A stretch of 64,000 bases of DNA from an uncultured Candidatus Saccharibacteria bacterium (GTDB lineage: Bacteria; Patescibacteriota; Saccharimonadia; Saccharimonadales; UBA7683). Location: contig CAYNKQ010000001.1 of NCBI GenBank assembly GCA_964397855.1, positions 38,046-102,045 of the forward strand. The letters run 5' to 3'. The position numbers and the translations under genes were made by a program. Below are positions 48,276 to 57,172 of this stretch, piece by piece; the first letter of the stretch is position 1, and every line of letters begins with the position of its first letter. Under the pieces are notes generated by a model that searched no databases, had not been told where the DNA came from, and saw only the letters and a program-made list of their open reading frames with translations.

Positions 48276-48967
48276 TAATTGATGTTACCAAACTATCTAT
48301 TGGAGTAAAGCAATATGCCTTAACGTTGTTGGACGAGTCAGAGAACGTGAGGTATTCTAGCTACCGACATTCAATTGATGCAGACTTGTTCTTATTCGGA
48401 AGGTTCTTGACTAGGCAGCTTATTTCACATTTTACAAAACGCACCCTGAACACTGTAACTATTAGAAGTGACAGTATTGCAGATAAGCCATATGACGTAA
48501 CAGGTGAGACTGAATTCAGTATTTCTCACAGTGGTAATTACGTTGCTGTCGCCGTGGGCGATGAACCGGTCGGTATAGATATACAGGTTCACGACCAAGA
48601 TGATATACAGATGTTTAATCCATTTTTTACCAAAGAAGAGCGTGTGTATGTAGGTAGCGATACTGGTAGATTCTACCGCGCATGGACAGCCATCGAGTCC
48701 TTGGCTAAGATAACAGGACTAGGGTTTAATGAGTCTCTTAAGGGCCGAATAATATATAATAACGGCTTTGAAATTGATAAATATATGCTAGGTAACGATA
48801 TAGTCTATATATCGTGCTTACTGGCAGACGACCAATTCACCCTTGGTATTTCAAACTATAAAGAGCCAGTTGTGACTGACCTTCCGTTTGGATGTATCAA
48901 GAAGGCACTTAACAATATCGATGAGTCGGCAATAATTTACTCTGGTAAAATACTATCCGAGGTGTAG
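48263..48967 (+). CDS. Sfp-type 4'-phosphopantetheinyl transferase
   Basis: 234 aa. FSISHSGNYVAVAV...VGIDIQ (G.D motif) and FYRAWTAIESLAKITG (W..KE[AS]..K motif). Overlaps the upstream gene by 13 nt. Confidence 0.7.
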   Translation: MYIIVIDVTKLSIGVKQYALTLLDESENVRYSSYRHSIDADLFLFGRFLTRQLISHFTKRTLNTVTIRSDSIADKPYDVTGETEFSISHSGNYVAVAVGDEPVGIDIQVHDQDDIQMFNPFFTKEERVYVGSDTGRFYRAWTAIESLAKITGLGFNESLKGRIIYNNGFEIDKYMLGNDIVYISCLLADDQFTLGISNYKEPVVTDLPFGCIKKALNNIDESAIIYSGKILSEV

Positions 48968-49971
48968 ATGTCGGTAGTATCGATATTTGCACCATTTTCA
49001 AAACCATTTACGAATGATCGGAACGCCTTAGGTGTGACCTCGTGGTTGTAGCCGCCGCCAAACAAGATTAGGGAGCGTATACTCATTTCACCTAACGATT
49101 GTCCGATCTGGCCATACTCTGCGTTATCCAGGTGTGTCAGTGGTGGTAGGTCGGGCCACTCGCGAGCATGCCCGTCAAAACCAGCCTCCACTATCAGGAT
49201 ATCTGTCCCGAAAGAGATAATCTTATCTTTTGCTCGCGCGAGTAATTGCATGTAGTCCTCATAAGAAACACCAATTGGAAACGGTAGATTTAAGATTGTG
49301 CCTTCTGCTGTACCGTTGCCCGTTTCGTGTGGGTAACCTGTGTGTGGCATTAATTCATCTGGATCAGCGTGAAGCGATACGTAGAGGATATCCGGGTCAT
49401 CTTGTAAGATGTCTTGCGTGCCATCGCCGTGGTGTACGTCAATATCTAGAATGGCAACTCGTTTTCCCGCTTGTTTTAGAGCTTCCGCCGCAATAGCTGC
49501 GTTATTCAGGAAGCAAAAACCATGATAGAATTCTCTTCCAGCATGATGCCCTGGCGGGCGGGCAAGGGCAATGGTCAGTCTTTTGCCTTCGTCGTTCAGG
49601 AGGCCATCGGCTGCTGCTATAGATATCTCTGCAGAGTTAAATGCCTGTTCAAGCGTGCCTGGATAGATAGCCGATGCATTGGTTCCATTATCTATATCGT
49701 AGCGCGATTTGACCGGTTCGTCTTCAGACGACGCCAAGCCTGCTTTATAGATGGCTTCTATCATGTTGGCGGAATGCAATTTCTCAACAATTTTAATCGT
49801 TTCAGGGTGTATCTCTGGAATAATAATCCACTCAGTTGACCTAGGGTCAGACAGTAGCTCGGTAACGACGCCATATAGACGTTCCGGAACATCCCAGGGC
49901 TGGCCATCTTCGTCGATCCATCCTTTATGAGCCTTATGGTCAGGGTTATGGTATATGTGACGATCTTTCAT
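48937..49971 (-). CDS. Histone-deacetylase-family amidohydrolase (acetylpolyamine/acetoin-utilisation AcuC-like deacetylase)
   Basis: 344 aa. ILDIDVHHGDGTQDI is the HDAC/arginase-fold zinc-site signature. Also has a GFCFLNNAAIAA motif. Convergent with, and overlapping, the PPTase gene. Confidence 0.8.
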   Translation of the reverse strand: MKDRHIYHNPDHKAHKGWIDEDGQPWDVPERLYGVVTELLSDPRSTEWIIIPEIHPETIKIVEKLHSANMIEAIYKAGLASSEDEPVKSRYDIDNGTNASAIYPGTLEQAFNSAEISIAAADGLLNDEGKRLTIALARPPGHHAGREFYHGFCFLNNAAIAAEALKQAGKRVAILDIDVHHGDGTQDILQDDPDILYVSLHADPDELMPHTGYPHETGNGTAEGTILNLPFPIGVSYEDYMQLLARAKDKIISFGTDILIVEAGFDGHAREWPDLPPLTHLDNAEYGQIGQSLGEMSIRSLILFGGGYNHEVTPKAFRSFVNGFENGANIDTTDIYTSDSILPE

Positions 49972-50143
49972 TGGTTATTTATTGTAACATAAAACAATAA
50001 TAATTACAAATACGATCAATGCGCTCAATGGGTCTATTTAGGAAGATTTTACGTTTTCAAATTACGTGGCTACCGTGTCTCATCTGTGGCATTCTCATCT
50101 GTGAAAGAGTTTGTGACCTGTATGGGAGCCACGAGTTTATAAA

Positions 50144-50162
50144 ATACCACATTATGTGGTAT
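50144..50162. promoter_or_regulatory. Perfect 19-bp palindrome ATACCACAT-T-ATGTGGTAT preceded by TTTATAAA (candidate operator 1)
   Basis: Direct read. Sits in the divergent promoter region between the deacetylase and the receiver-like gene. Confidence 0.45.
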
Positions 50163-50384
50163 TGCCAATAAAGGTCCAGCATCTTAAAGGTCTCGAACGA
50201 CTCAAAGATGTCCATCTAATTCGCACCGAAGTATTCCAAGTTGAACAGGGCATTCCTCACGTGAAGATGGCTGAAGACTTATCCGCCTGAAAAATTCTGG
50301 AGCACACCCTTAGGGTTTCAATACCAAATCTTACTTTATTACGGCCATAACTTTCCCCTGCCGTGGTGAACCATGGATTTATAA

Positions 50385-50403
50385 ATACCATATAATATGG
50401 TAT
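50385..50403. promoter_or_regulatory. Perfect 19-bp palindrome ATACCATAT-A-ATATGGTAT preceded by TTTATAAA (candidate operator 2), 10 nt upstream of ATG 50413
   Basis: Direct read. Shares the half-site ATACCAYAT with operator 1, 241 bp away. Confidence 0.45.
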
Positions 50404-50412
50404 TTATATTTA

Positions 50413-50793
50413 ATGACAGAACTTAGACAGCTTAGAGCATTGGTGCTTGACGATGATCTCGATAAGCATGAAAGGATAGAAGCTGCCTTTGCCGCAACCG
50501 GTAACCTAGTGGTTGCTAGAGCATTTAAAGTCTTTGACTTGCTAGATCTGCATGATGCCGGTGAGTTAACTGCAGGTAATTTGGATGTAGCTTTTATTGA
50601 TTCCCAGATTGGAGTTGGCACAGGCGGCGGCAAAGAAGCCATACGTTTTCTGCACCAAATTGGTATAGCTCGCAGGAACACAAATCCCAGTGCTTCAAAA
50701 ATAGTTACAGTGGGTATTAGTTCAAATCCTGAATGGGCACTCGAAGTTGGCGACTATTCGGAGGCCCTAGGGCAGCCGCTAATAGTTGACTAG
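50413..50793 (+). CDS. Stand-alone CheY-like receiver-domain protein (possibly degenerate)
   Basis: 126 aa. N-terminal LVLDDD acidic pair and a mid-domain AFIDSQ Asp resemble a receiver domain. The conserved Lys is not evident. Confidence 0.35.
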   Translation: MTELRQLRALVLDDDLDKHERIEAAFAATGNLVVARAFKVFDLLDLHDAGELTAGNLDVAFIDSQIGVGTGGGKEAIRFLHQIGIARRNTNPSASKIVTVGISSNPEWALEVGDYSEALGQPLIVD

Positions 50794-51358
50794 AGAAGTA
50801 ACCCTCTGCAGTTATTGAATATAGCTACTGAAGTAAGACGCTTGAGGCAAATTGCTTAATTCAAAAATTCGAAGTACGTCCAGTGGGCAGTCACGAGATA
50901 CTGCGATGCTTTACTATAGTAAATATATGACGAGAATTCGGCATACAGTTATTTTCACTTGGTACGAAACGACAGCCAAGTCACTGCCCGTAAATACAAT
51001 TCTACTAACAATGCCTACTTTGATATTCCCAATGCCACGGTTATCGAAACAGCCTACCAGAATCAGCATGCCCTCAAGCTCACCTACACTATTACTGACA
51101 ACGGTATGCTTGATCTTAATCCAATTACTGGGAAGGTTACTGATCCGGTGGGATTGGCGGTAAGTCTGACTCTGTTTATTTCAGCGGGTAGCATGATAGC
51201 GTTTTGGGCGGCAAGTAGTCGTAAGTCCTAGCTGCTCTGCTTTCGAACTAGCTTGATGTCAGAATATACTTGGGCGAGTTTCGCTACCTTAATTGAAGCA
51301 AGATGCTGCTTATGCTATGATACATTAGAAAAAGAATAGAGAACCAGGAGAAATAGAC

Positions 51359-51949
51359 ATGGATGGAGGGCCGTTTCGTACGCCACGACCAACCCAGGGA
51401 AGGGTCGTCAGTAGGCCGGTGACACAGCAAAAGCCGGAAGAAGCACGACCAGCAAGTGTAGAGCCAAAGGCTGTGCATCGGGCAGCCGCGCCGCATCACC
51501 GAACGCCAAAGGAGGCGAGCGCGCCAAAGCGACGATTTGTGTGGCCAGTAGTGGCGGCTGTTGCGGTTGTAGTGGTAGTTGTTTCGAGTCTATTTATATG
51601 GTCAAAGCTAAAAACTCCCGCTCTTGCGGTCGATAGTAGTAAGTATCAGGCAGTCTTCTTCACAAACGGACAGGTCTACTTCGGTAAACTCCAGCCGTTC
51701 AGCAGTGAGAGCTTGAAATTAAAAGATGTTTACTATTTGCAGACGCAGACTGGTACAGATACTGATTCCGAAAAATTGCAGGAAGCAGCCACTGACCAGA
51801 ATAACGTTCAGCTAATAAAGCTTGGTGATGAAATTCATGGCCCACAGGACGAAATGGTTATTTCTAAAAGCCAAGTGCTTTTTTATGAGAACCTTAAGTC
51901 TGAGGGTAAAGTTGCGCAGTCTATAGAGCAGTTTAAGAAATCAAAATAG
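51359..51949 (+). CDS. Single-pass membrane protein with a Pro/Arg-rich N-terminal cytoplasmic region
   Basis: 196-aa ORF. TM VWPVVAAVAVVVVVVSSLFIW. C-terminal soluble domain. Confidence 0.4.
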   Translation: MDGGPFRTPRPTQGRVVSRPVTQQKPEEARPASVEPKAVHRAAAPHHRTPKEASAPKRRFVWPVVAAVAVVVVVVSSLFIWSKLKTPALAVDSSKYQAVFFTNGQVYFGKLQPFSSESLKLKDVYYLQTQTGTDTDSEKLQEAATDQNNVQLIKLGDEIHGPQDEMVISKSQVLFYENLKSEGKVAQSIEQFKKSK

Positions 51950-51996
51950 TATTAGGCCATCTGCTGCGGACTACAGAGGTCCTGCTAGTTTTTGAT

Positions 51997-52710
51997 TTAG
52001 TTTAAAGACTTGGCATATTTTGCCCAGCTAATATCATTAATCTTCTCCTGGGACTTAATGAGTATCAAGAGATTATTTTTTGTTAGTATTGCAGACTGAG
52101 GGCCTTTGGCGGAAGTACCAACATATACCTTGGTGCCGTCGGCGTCGATTCTTGAAGTAGCGTTAAATTTTTTGGCAAGTTCCGCAATTTGTTCTTCCGC
52201 ATTACCCTTAAGTGACTTTGGTATTGGTTGCTGGCTGACACTAACGGTTACGTCATCAATTTTATCAATATAGGCAAATACAGGATCACCTTCTGGGGGG
52301 CTGACGCGTTTCCAGTCACCAAGTTCGTCTATCGATTTTCCTTCAGGTAAGACGGTTTGGTATTCCGGGTTACCAACCGGCCTGTTGGATGCAGTAGCAC
52401 TTGCCGAGTTTTTTTCAGTATTATACTTGTGGGTCAGTGAGGTAGTTCCGGCTACGATAACTATCAGTACGGTTATAATCCCAATGATGACTTTCTTGCC
52501 TACTAGGAATCGCCTAGTGCGTGTGAATCTGGCGTTGTCTTGCGTGGCCGCTCCATTGGTTGTGTCCGTGTTGTTCAATGACGGGCGAGCAAGCTGAGCT
52601 CTGTTAGGCTCCGAAGCTACTGGGATATGTCGGGGCGCAGAGTCACTGCGCAGCGTTACATCGAGCGCCAGTCTTTGCTTACCTTGTCTTGTTATTCGTT
52701 TGAATTCCAC
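51997..52710 (-). CDS. Single-pass membrane protein
   Basis: 237-aa ORF. TM KKVIIGIITVLIVIVAGTT. Extracytoplasmic C-terminal domain. Confidence 0.4.
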   Translation of the reverse strand: MEFKRITRQGKQRLALDVTLRSDSAPRHIPVASEPNRAQLARPSLNNTDTTNGAATQDNARFTRTRRFLVGKKVIIGIITVLIVIVAGTTSLTHKYNTEKNSASATASNRPVGNPEYQTVLPEGKSIDELGDWKRVSPPEGDPVFAYIDKIDDVTVSVSQQPIPKSLKGNAEEQIAELAKKFNATSRIDADGTKVYVGTSAKGPQSAILTKNNLLILIKSQEKINDISWAKYAKSLN

Positions 52711-52984
52711 TTTTTAACCCCGTTGGTTCGAATAATACAGTGTATTGATGATCATCTAGGGGCACCTATAAGCGTGATTTTTTCTATCAGTTGATGAGTG
52801 GTAAAAGAGATGTTGGGCGTAGGCTGCACCTGTTCGTCATCTGATAGCACTGAAACTTTCTGCGACTGTTTCTCGGACTTTATCAACACAACCCCCACTG
52901 TTTGATTCACGGCTTTTCGCTCGACACCTAGCACATAACTATACCTGTTATTTTAGCATAACAGGTATGTGGAGCCAATAACGA

Positions 52985-55900
52985 CTAGTGGTTACTAAAG
53001 GTGAATCCGAGGTTGCTTATATATGCATTGGCGCTGTTGGCGGCATTAAGGTCTATTCTAAAGACAATACTGTCACCCGCTGTGAAGTTACATGCGGCTG
53101 GATCCATTCCGTCGGCTGCGATTCCCTTTTGCCAGGTAGATTGAGGTCCGGTTGATACTAGCTTAGTTGTACCGCAGGGAGTTAATCCGGTGCCGTCTCT
53201 GTTTCGATACACATTGTAAGTGATACTAGAATCTGCGCTATCGGTTCGTCCCATCAGAGAGGTCGATCCAGAAACGAACTCTTTGAACGAGGCTGGTAAT
53301 TGATAGGTAACAAAAATGCTACGGACTTGGTTAGTTACTTCCGGTGAAGCCCACTTGTAGAAGTTATATGTTTCGTTGGTGCTACAAATTGTTGGTTGTG
53401 AGGAGCTTCCGTCATTTATGTTAAGCGTGTCAGAGCATAGATCCGAAGACATGGTACCGACTCCATTACCATGAGTGACTGCATTTGTATATTCTGGACT
53501 GAGGGTTATGAAGTTGTCGGGGCTGGCTCCACAGGAACCCCAGCCGTTGGCTTCGTAGCACTGTACCTTGCCGAGAGTTGTGTCGTAGTACATGCTACCA
53601 AGAAGTGCGGAATGATCTGTCGCGATTGGTGCTAGGGCGCTTTTATCAATAGTGAATAGAGTTGTTGAACCGTTGGCTTCGTTGCCAATTTTAACGTTTG
53701 GAGCAAGATTTGGTGCAAGTGTAAAAGAGAAGGTATCAACAAAGTAGGTTCGCGCGTCTGCGGCTGTAGTTGGCTGTATAAAGTATACATACGGATCAAC
53801 CACAGTGGTCGCCGGAGTATCAATGTAACAGGTGATCTGTGTCCATCCGCCATTTAAAATTGCTCGACTATTGTAGTCGACGCAATCAGCAAATGTAGAA
53901 CCATCGTCTGGTGAATAACGTATTTTGAAGTCTGTAAATTCACTACCGCTCTCAAGTTTTGCGTACACTGATACGCGGTAGCGGGTGCTTGTTTGGGGGT
54001 TGATAGAGAGTTTATTACGCACACCACTATCTGCACTTGTGCCAGCGGCAACTTGTGCGCTACTGGAACCTTCTTGTCCGTCCGAAGTGCTTCGTGTAAC
54101 AGATGAGTCGCCAGCTTCTGTCCAGTTTGTGGTGAAGTTTCCGCTATCGTTTACGTTACCGTCGGCGGCATGTTCAGTGCCGTCGGTCACGTTACTGTTA
54201 ACAGAGAAGAGTGTATTATTTGTAGCGCTCTGAACATCAAGCAAGATGCCATTAACAGGGTTCATGGTGCTATCGCGTATGGTGAGGCCGCCAGTGTTTG
54301 AGTTATTGTTTAGTAGGATTTCGGTGCCACCGGCACTTTGAGGAGTGTTGTTGTAGGCATCTTGGAGTGTTGTTGAGCTAGAGGCCCCGGCTACCAACCA
54401 GTTTGAACCGTTCCATATCATGGTTGTGGCAGTATTTTGGCGCATGGTAACTTCATTGCCTTGACCACCGTCATTTGCAGATAAAGTGAAATCTTGTGAG
54501 TTTCCGGCCGCCATAATGTAGATAATTCGGCCAGCGGTACTAATTGTGGGGTCGGGTAGTGTTGCGGTTTGTCCAGTACTGCTAAATCCTATGATTACTG
54601 CAGCTGAATTATCGATACTGGCCTTGGTGATAGTGCAGCTACTGGCCACAAGCGCGCCGGCTGTATAGCAGTTGGCGTCGTTGTTGGTAGTAGAGAAAGT
54701 TGGTGTCGTTAAAATCACCAAGCCACTTGCTCCAGTTCCACTTCCAGCTCCACCGCTCAGAGTCACATTCCCTCCGTTAGTGTTCCCAGTTGTCGCATTC
54801 CCACCTTGTACCGTTAGCGAGCCGCCAGAAACCGCACTGGCAGAGCTATCTGTTCCCTGGATCGTAAAGTCATTTGGCGCCGCAGAGGTTACACCGTTAC
54901 CAAAGTAGACGACGTTTGTGGTATCTGAGAAAGTGGCCCGAGTCGTGCCATTTGTCATAACGGTTACGCTATTTTTTGCTTGAATGTTTGTTGTACCACC
55001 AGCCGCTGATCCGCCTGATCCAACTGTAACGTTTGAGATGCTACCACTTGTGTTGTTGGCGCCGATACTAATTGTTTGATTAACTGCCAACGAATTGCTC
55101 CCAATGCTTATAGAGCTCGCATTTGTCGACCCTATCGAGATTGTACCGTTGCTGCCGCTGCCAGTTCTGGCGCCTGCGTCAATACTGATATTGCCGCCAT
55201 CTCCGTTAGTACCACCAGCCGCGCCACCTTGAATTGTAAGATCACCTCCAGCCGATCCCGCTCCCGCTCCACCTCCACCTCCAGATATTGCGAGTTGTCG
55301 GCCGTCAGTGTTTTCTGCTGAAGTCGAGATTGTTATCGATTTGTTGGCGTTGCTTCCGAGCGTGAGATCTCCAGTATTTGCAACCGTAAAGACATCGGTT
55401 GCAGTGTTCTGAAGTTGTATCAGATTGCCACTACCGGTTTTGTTGATGAAGATACTGTTTGTGTTGGTGCTCGCATCGATCTGAACACCTTGCCCGAACT
55501 GAATAAAGTCGTTCGCAGTCTTGCCCCCAACAGCACCGGCGTTGAGTGCGTATGGTGAGGCAGTTATTTGCTTCATCGGTAGCATTTCACCGTCACCACC
55601 GCAGGGCGCGGTACCAAATGATGTACAGGCATTTGCGGATCCAGCAATGTTCATCGAAAGCCACAGGGTGTCCTGGTCCCAGTCGACACTTGAGCCGAAT
55701 TGATTGATGCTCCCCAGACTGACGGAAAAGTAGCCGTTTTTCACCAAAACACCATTGTCCGCATTGTTGTTGATGTATGATTCTGTCCAGACGAGTGATC
55801 CACCAGGGTTGTTGACCGCTGTGCCCGCACCGTCTTGGTAGATCTTAAACTGAATGTTGTAGCTGCCGTCAGGAACCACGGCTCCACCGGGTGTTAACAG

Positions 55901-56062
55901 TCGACCCTGAAAGCTGACAGTTTTGTTGGTGCTGGGGACCGCATAAGAGGAGCCAGTAAATAATAACGTTGTAATTAACGCAATAAGTAACATAAGTGGT
56001 ACTGCAAGTTGCAGTACATAACGTCGATTAAAAATAGCGGGGAGGCGACACCACACGGTCAT
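52985..56062 (-). CDS. Large secreted Gly/Ser/Thr/Asn-rich surface protein with beta-helix/fibre-like repeats (putative adhesin)
   Basis: 1025 aa. N-terminal signal/TM (LMLLIALITTLLF). Long tracts such as TISTSAENTDG...ISGGGGGAGAGSAGGDLTIQGG...NISIDAGARTGSGSNGTISIGS. Confidence 0.55.
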   Translation of the reverse strand: MTVWCRLPAIFNRRYVLQLAVPLMLLIALITTLLFTGSSYAVPSTNKTVSFQGRLLTPGGAVVPDGSYNIQFKIYQDGAGTAVNNPGGSLVWTESYINNNADNGVLVKNGYFSVSLGSINQFGSSVDWDQDTLWLSMNIAGSANACTSFGTAPCGGDGEMLPMKQITASPYALNAGAVGGKTANDFIQFGQGVQIDASTNTNSIFINKTGSGNLIQLQNTATDVFTVANTGDLTLGSNANKSITISTSAENTDGRQLAISGGGGGAGAGSAGGDLTIQGGAAGGTNGDGGNISIDAGARTGSGSNGTISIGSTNASSISIGSNSLAVNQTISIGANNTSGSISNVTVGSGGSAAGGTTNIQAKNSVTVMTNGTTRATFSDTTNVVYFGNGVTSAAPNDFTIQGTDSSASAVSGGSLTVQGGNATTGNTNGGNVTLSGGAGSGTGASGLVILTTPTFSTTNNDANCYTAGALVASSCTITKASIDNSAAVIIGFSSTGQTATLPDPTISTAGRIIYIMAAGNSQDFTLSANDGGQGNEVTMRQNTATTMIWNGSNWLVAGASSSTTLQDAYNNTPQSAGGTEILLNNNSNTGGLTIRDSTMNPVNGILLDVQSATNNTLFSVNSNVTDGTEHAADGNVNDSGNFTTNWTEAGDSSVTRSTSDGQEGSSSAQVAAGTSADSGVRNKLSINPQTSTRYRVSVYAKLESGSEFTDFKIRYSPDDGSTFADCVDYNSRAILNGGWTQITCYIDTPATTVVDPYVYFIQPTTAADARTYFVDTFSFTLAPNLAPNVKIGNEANGSTTLFTIDKSALAPIATDHSALLGSMYYDTTLGKVQCYEANGWGSCGASPDNFITLSPEYTNAVTHGNGVGTMSSDLCSDTLNINDGSSSQPTICSTNETYNFYKWASPEVTNQVRSIFVTYQLPASFKEFVSGSTSLMGRTDSADSSITYNVYRNRDGTGLTPCGTTKLVSTGPQSTWQKGIAADGMDPAACNFTAGDSIVFRIDLNAANSANAYISNLGFTFSNH

Positions 56063-56299
56063 TTGAATTGTCTTTACACCTGTTTGGTGAGTAAAATTTT
56101 TGTTTCACTTCAGACGTGTGGTGGCCCATCAAAGCTTGTGCTTATTCTACCACACCCGTATCTGTACTGACAATAATTTTCGAGGCCCCAAACCAGTGTT
56201 GATTTTCAGCCATATTTCGGTGCTATAAAGTCGTTCTCATACCAGCCGCCAACCCGTAGTTGTTATGCTATAATAAGTCAAAACCTATGATAGTAGTGC

Positions 56300-57160
56300 A
56301 TGGAGTATAAACAAACAGTGAAATTACCGCGAATCATCTTTAGTTTGGTCGTTACTGTGGGTATAACCCTCGCTGCTGTTCTACCAGTTGCGGCGGCTAC
56401 ATACGGAGGTGGAAATGCACAGGGCTACGCGGCAGATACGCCACTTGATAACGGTACAATCGTCCAGCTTACAGGCAAAAATGCCAACCGTGTAAAAATC
56501 GCAAAGCAATCAGAGCTTCAAAATATGTTTGGCGTAACGGTTGATCGAGCACAGTTACCCGTGATGCTGTCGAATGAAGCACTCGAAAACGAAGTATTTG
56601 TTGCAGTTTCAGGTACGTATAACGTATTAGTGAGCACTCAGAGTGGTCCAATTGTTACGGGCGACTATATAACCCTTTCAGCTGTGAGCGGTGTCGGCAT
56701 GAAAGCCGGTACTGAAGAAAAAACCGTATTTGGTCGAGCCAACGGATCATTTGATGAAAAAGGTGTAACGCTTGGTAGTACAACACTCAAAGACGATCAA
56801 GGCAAAGAAAGCAAAACGGTTAAACTCGGATTAGTACCAGTAACAATCGATATTAAGCGCAACCCCAACACCAAAAGCACCAAGACCAAGGTACCCGAAG
56901 CGCTTCAGAGGTTGGGCCAGGCAATCGCCGAAAAAGAGGTGAGTGCGATTCGTATTTATTTGAGCATGGGAATTACGGCCGTAAGTATTTTGGCTGCAAT
57001 TGCTATCTTATATTCCGGCGTGCGCAACGGTGTGATCTCGATAGGTCGTAATCCTATGTCTAAAAAGTCAATATTTAGAGCATTACTTGAGATTATATTG
57101 ACTAGTATATTAATTTTAATAATTGGCTTATTTGCGGTATATTTACTACTGAAGCTATGA
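56300..57160 (+). CDS. Signal-anchored protein with ~210-aa extracytoplasmic domain and a C-terminal F-ATPase c-subunit-like helical hairpin
   Basis: 286 aa. The C-terminal LAAIAILYSGVRNGVISIGRNPMSKKSIFRALLEIILTSILILI aligns with the c-subunit helix1-loop(ARQP)-helix2 pattern, including the carboxylate (E) in helix 2. The Gly-rich helix-1 motif is not conserved. Confidence 0.35.
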   Translation: MEYKQTVKLPRIIFSLVVTVGITLAAVLPVAAATYGGGNAQGYAADTPLDNGTIVQLTGKNANRVKIAKQSELQNMFGVTVDRAQLPVMLSNEALENEVFVAVSGTYNVLVSTQSGPIVTGDYITLSAVSGVGMKAGTEEKTVFGRANGSFDEKGVTLGSTTLKDDQGKESKTVKLGLVPVTIDIKRNPNTKSTKTKVPEALQRLGQAIAEKEVSAIRIYLSMGITAVSILAAIAILYSGVRNGVISIGRNPMSKKSIFRALLEIILTSILILIIGLFAVYLLLKL

Positions 57161-57172
57161 TACGCAGATAGG

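Noticed and set aside
50860-50900. Possible degenerate attR (aattcgaagtacgtccagtgggcag versus the tRNA 3-prime ggttcgaatccagccgtcggag)
   Set aside because: Only TTCGAA and TCCAG are shared, interrupted by indels. Too weak to call a direct repeat without a computed alignment.
56300-57160. ATP synthase a subunit
   Set aside because: Only three hydrophobic segments and a large soluble middle domain. No LxxRLxxN-type arginine helix. Only the C-terminal hairpin looks c-like.
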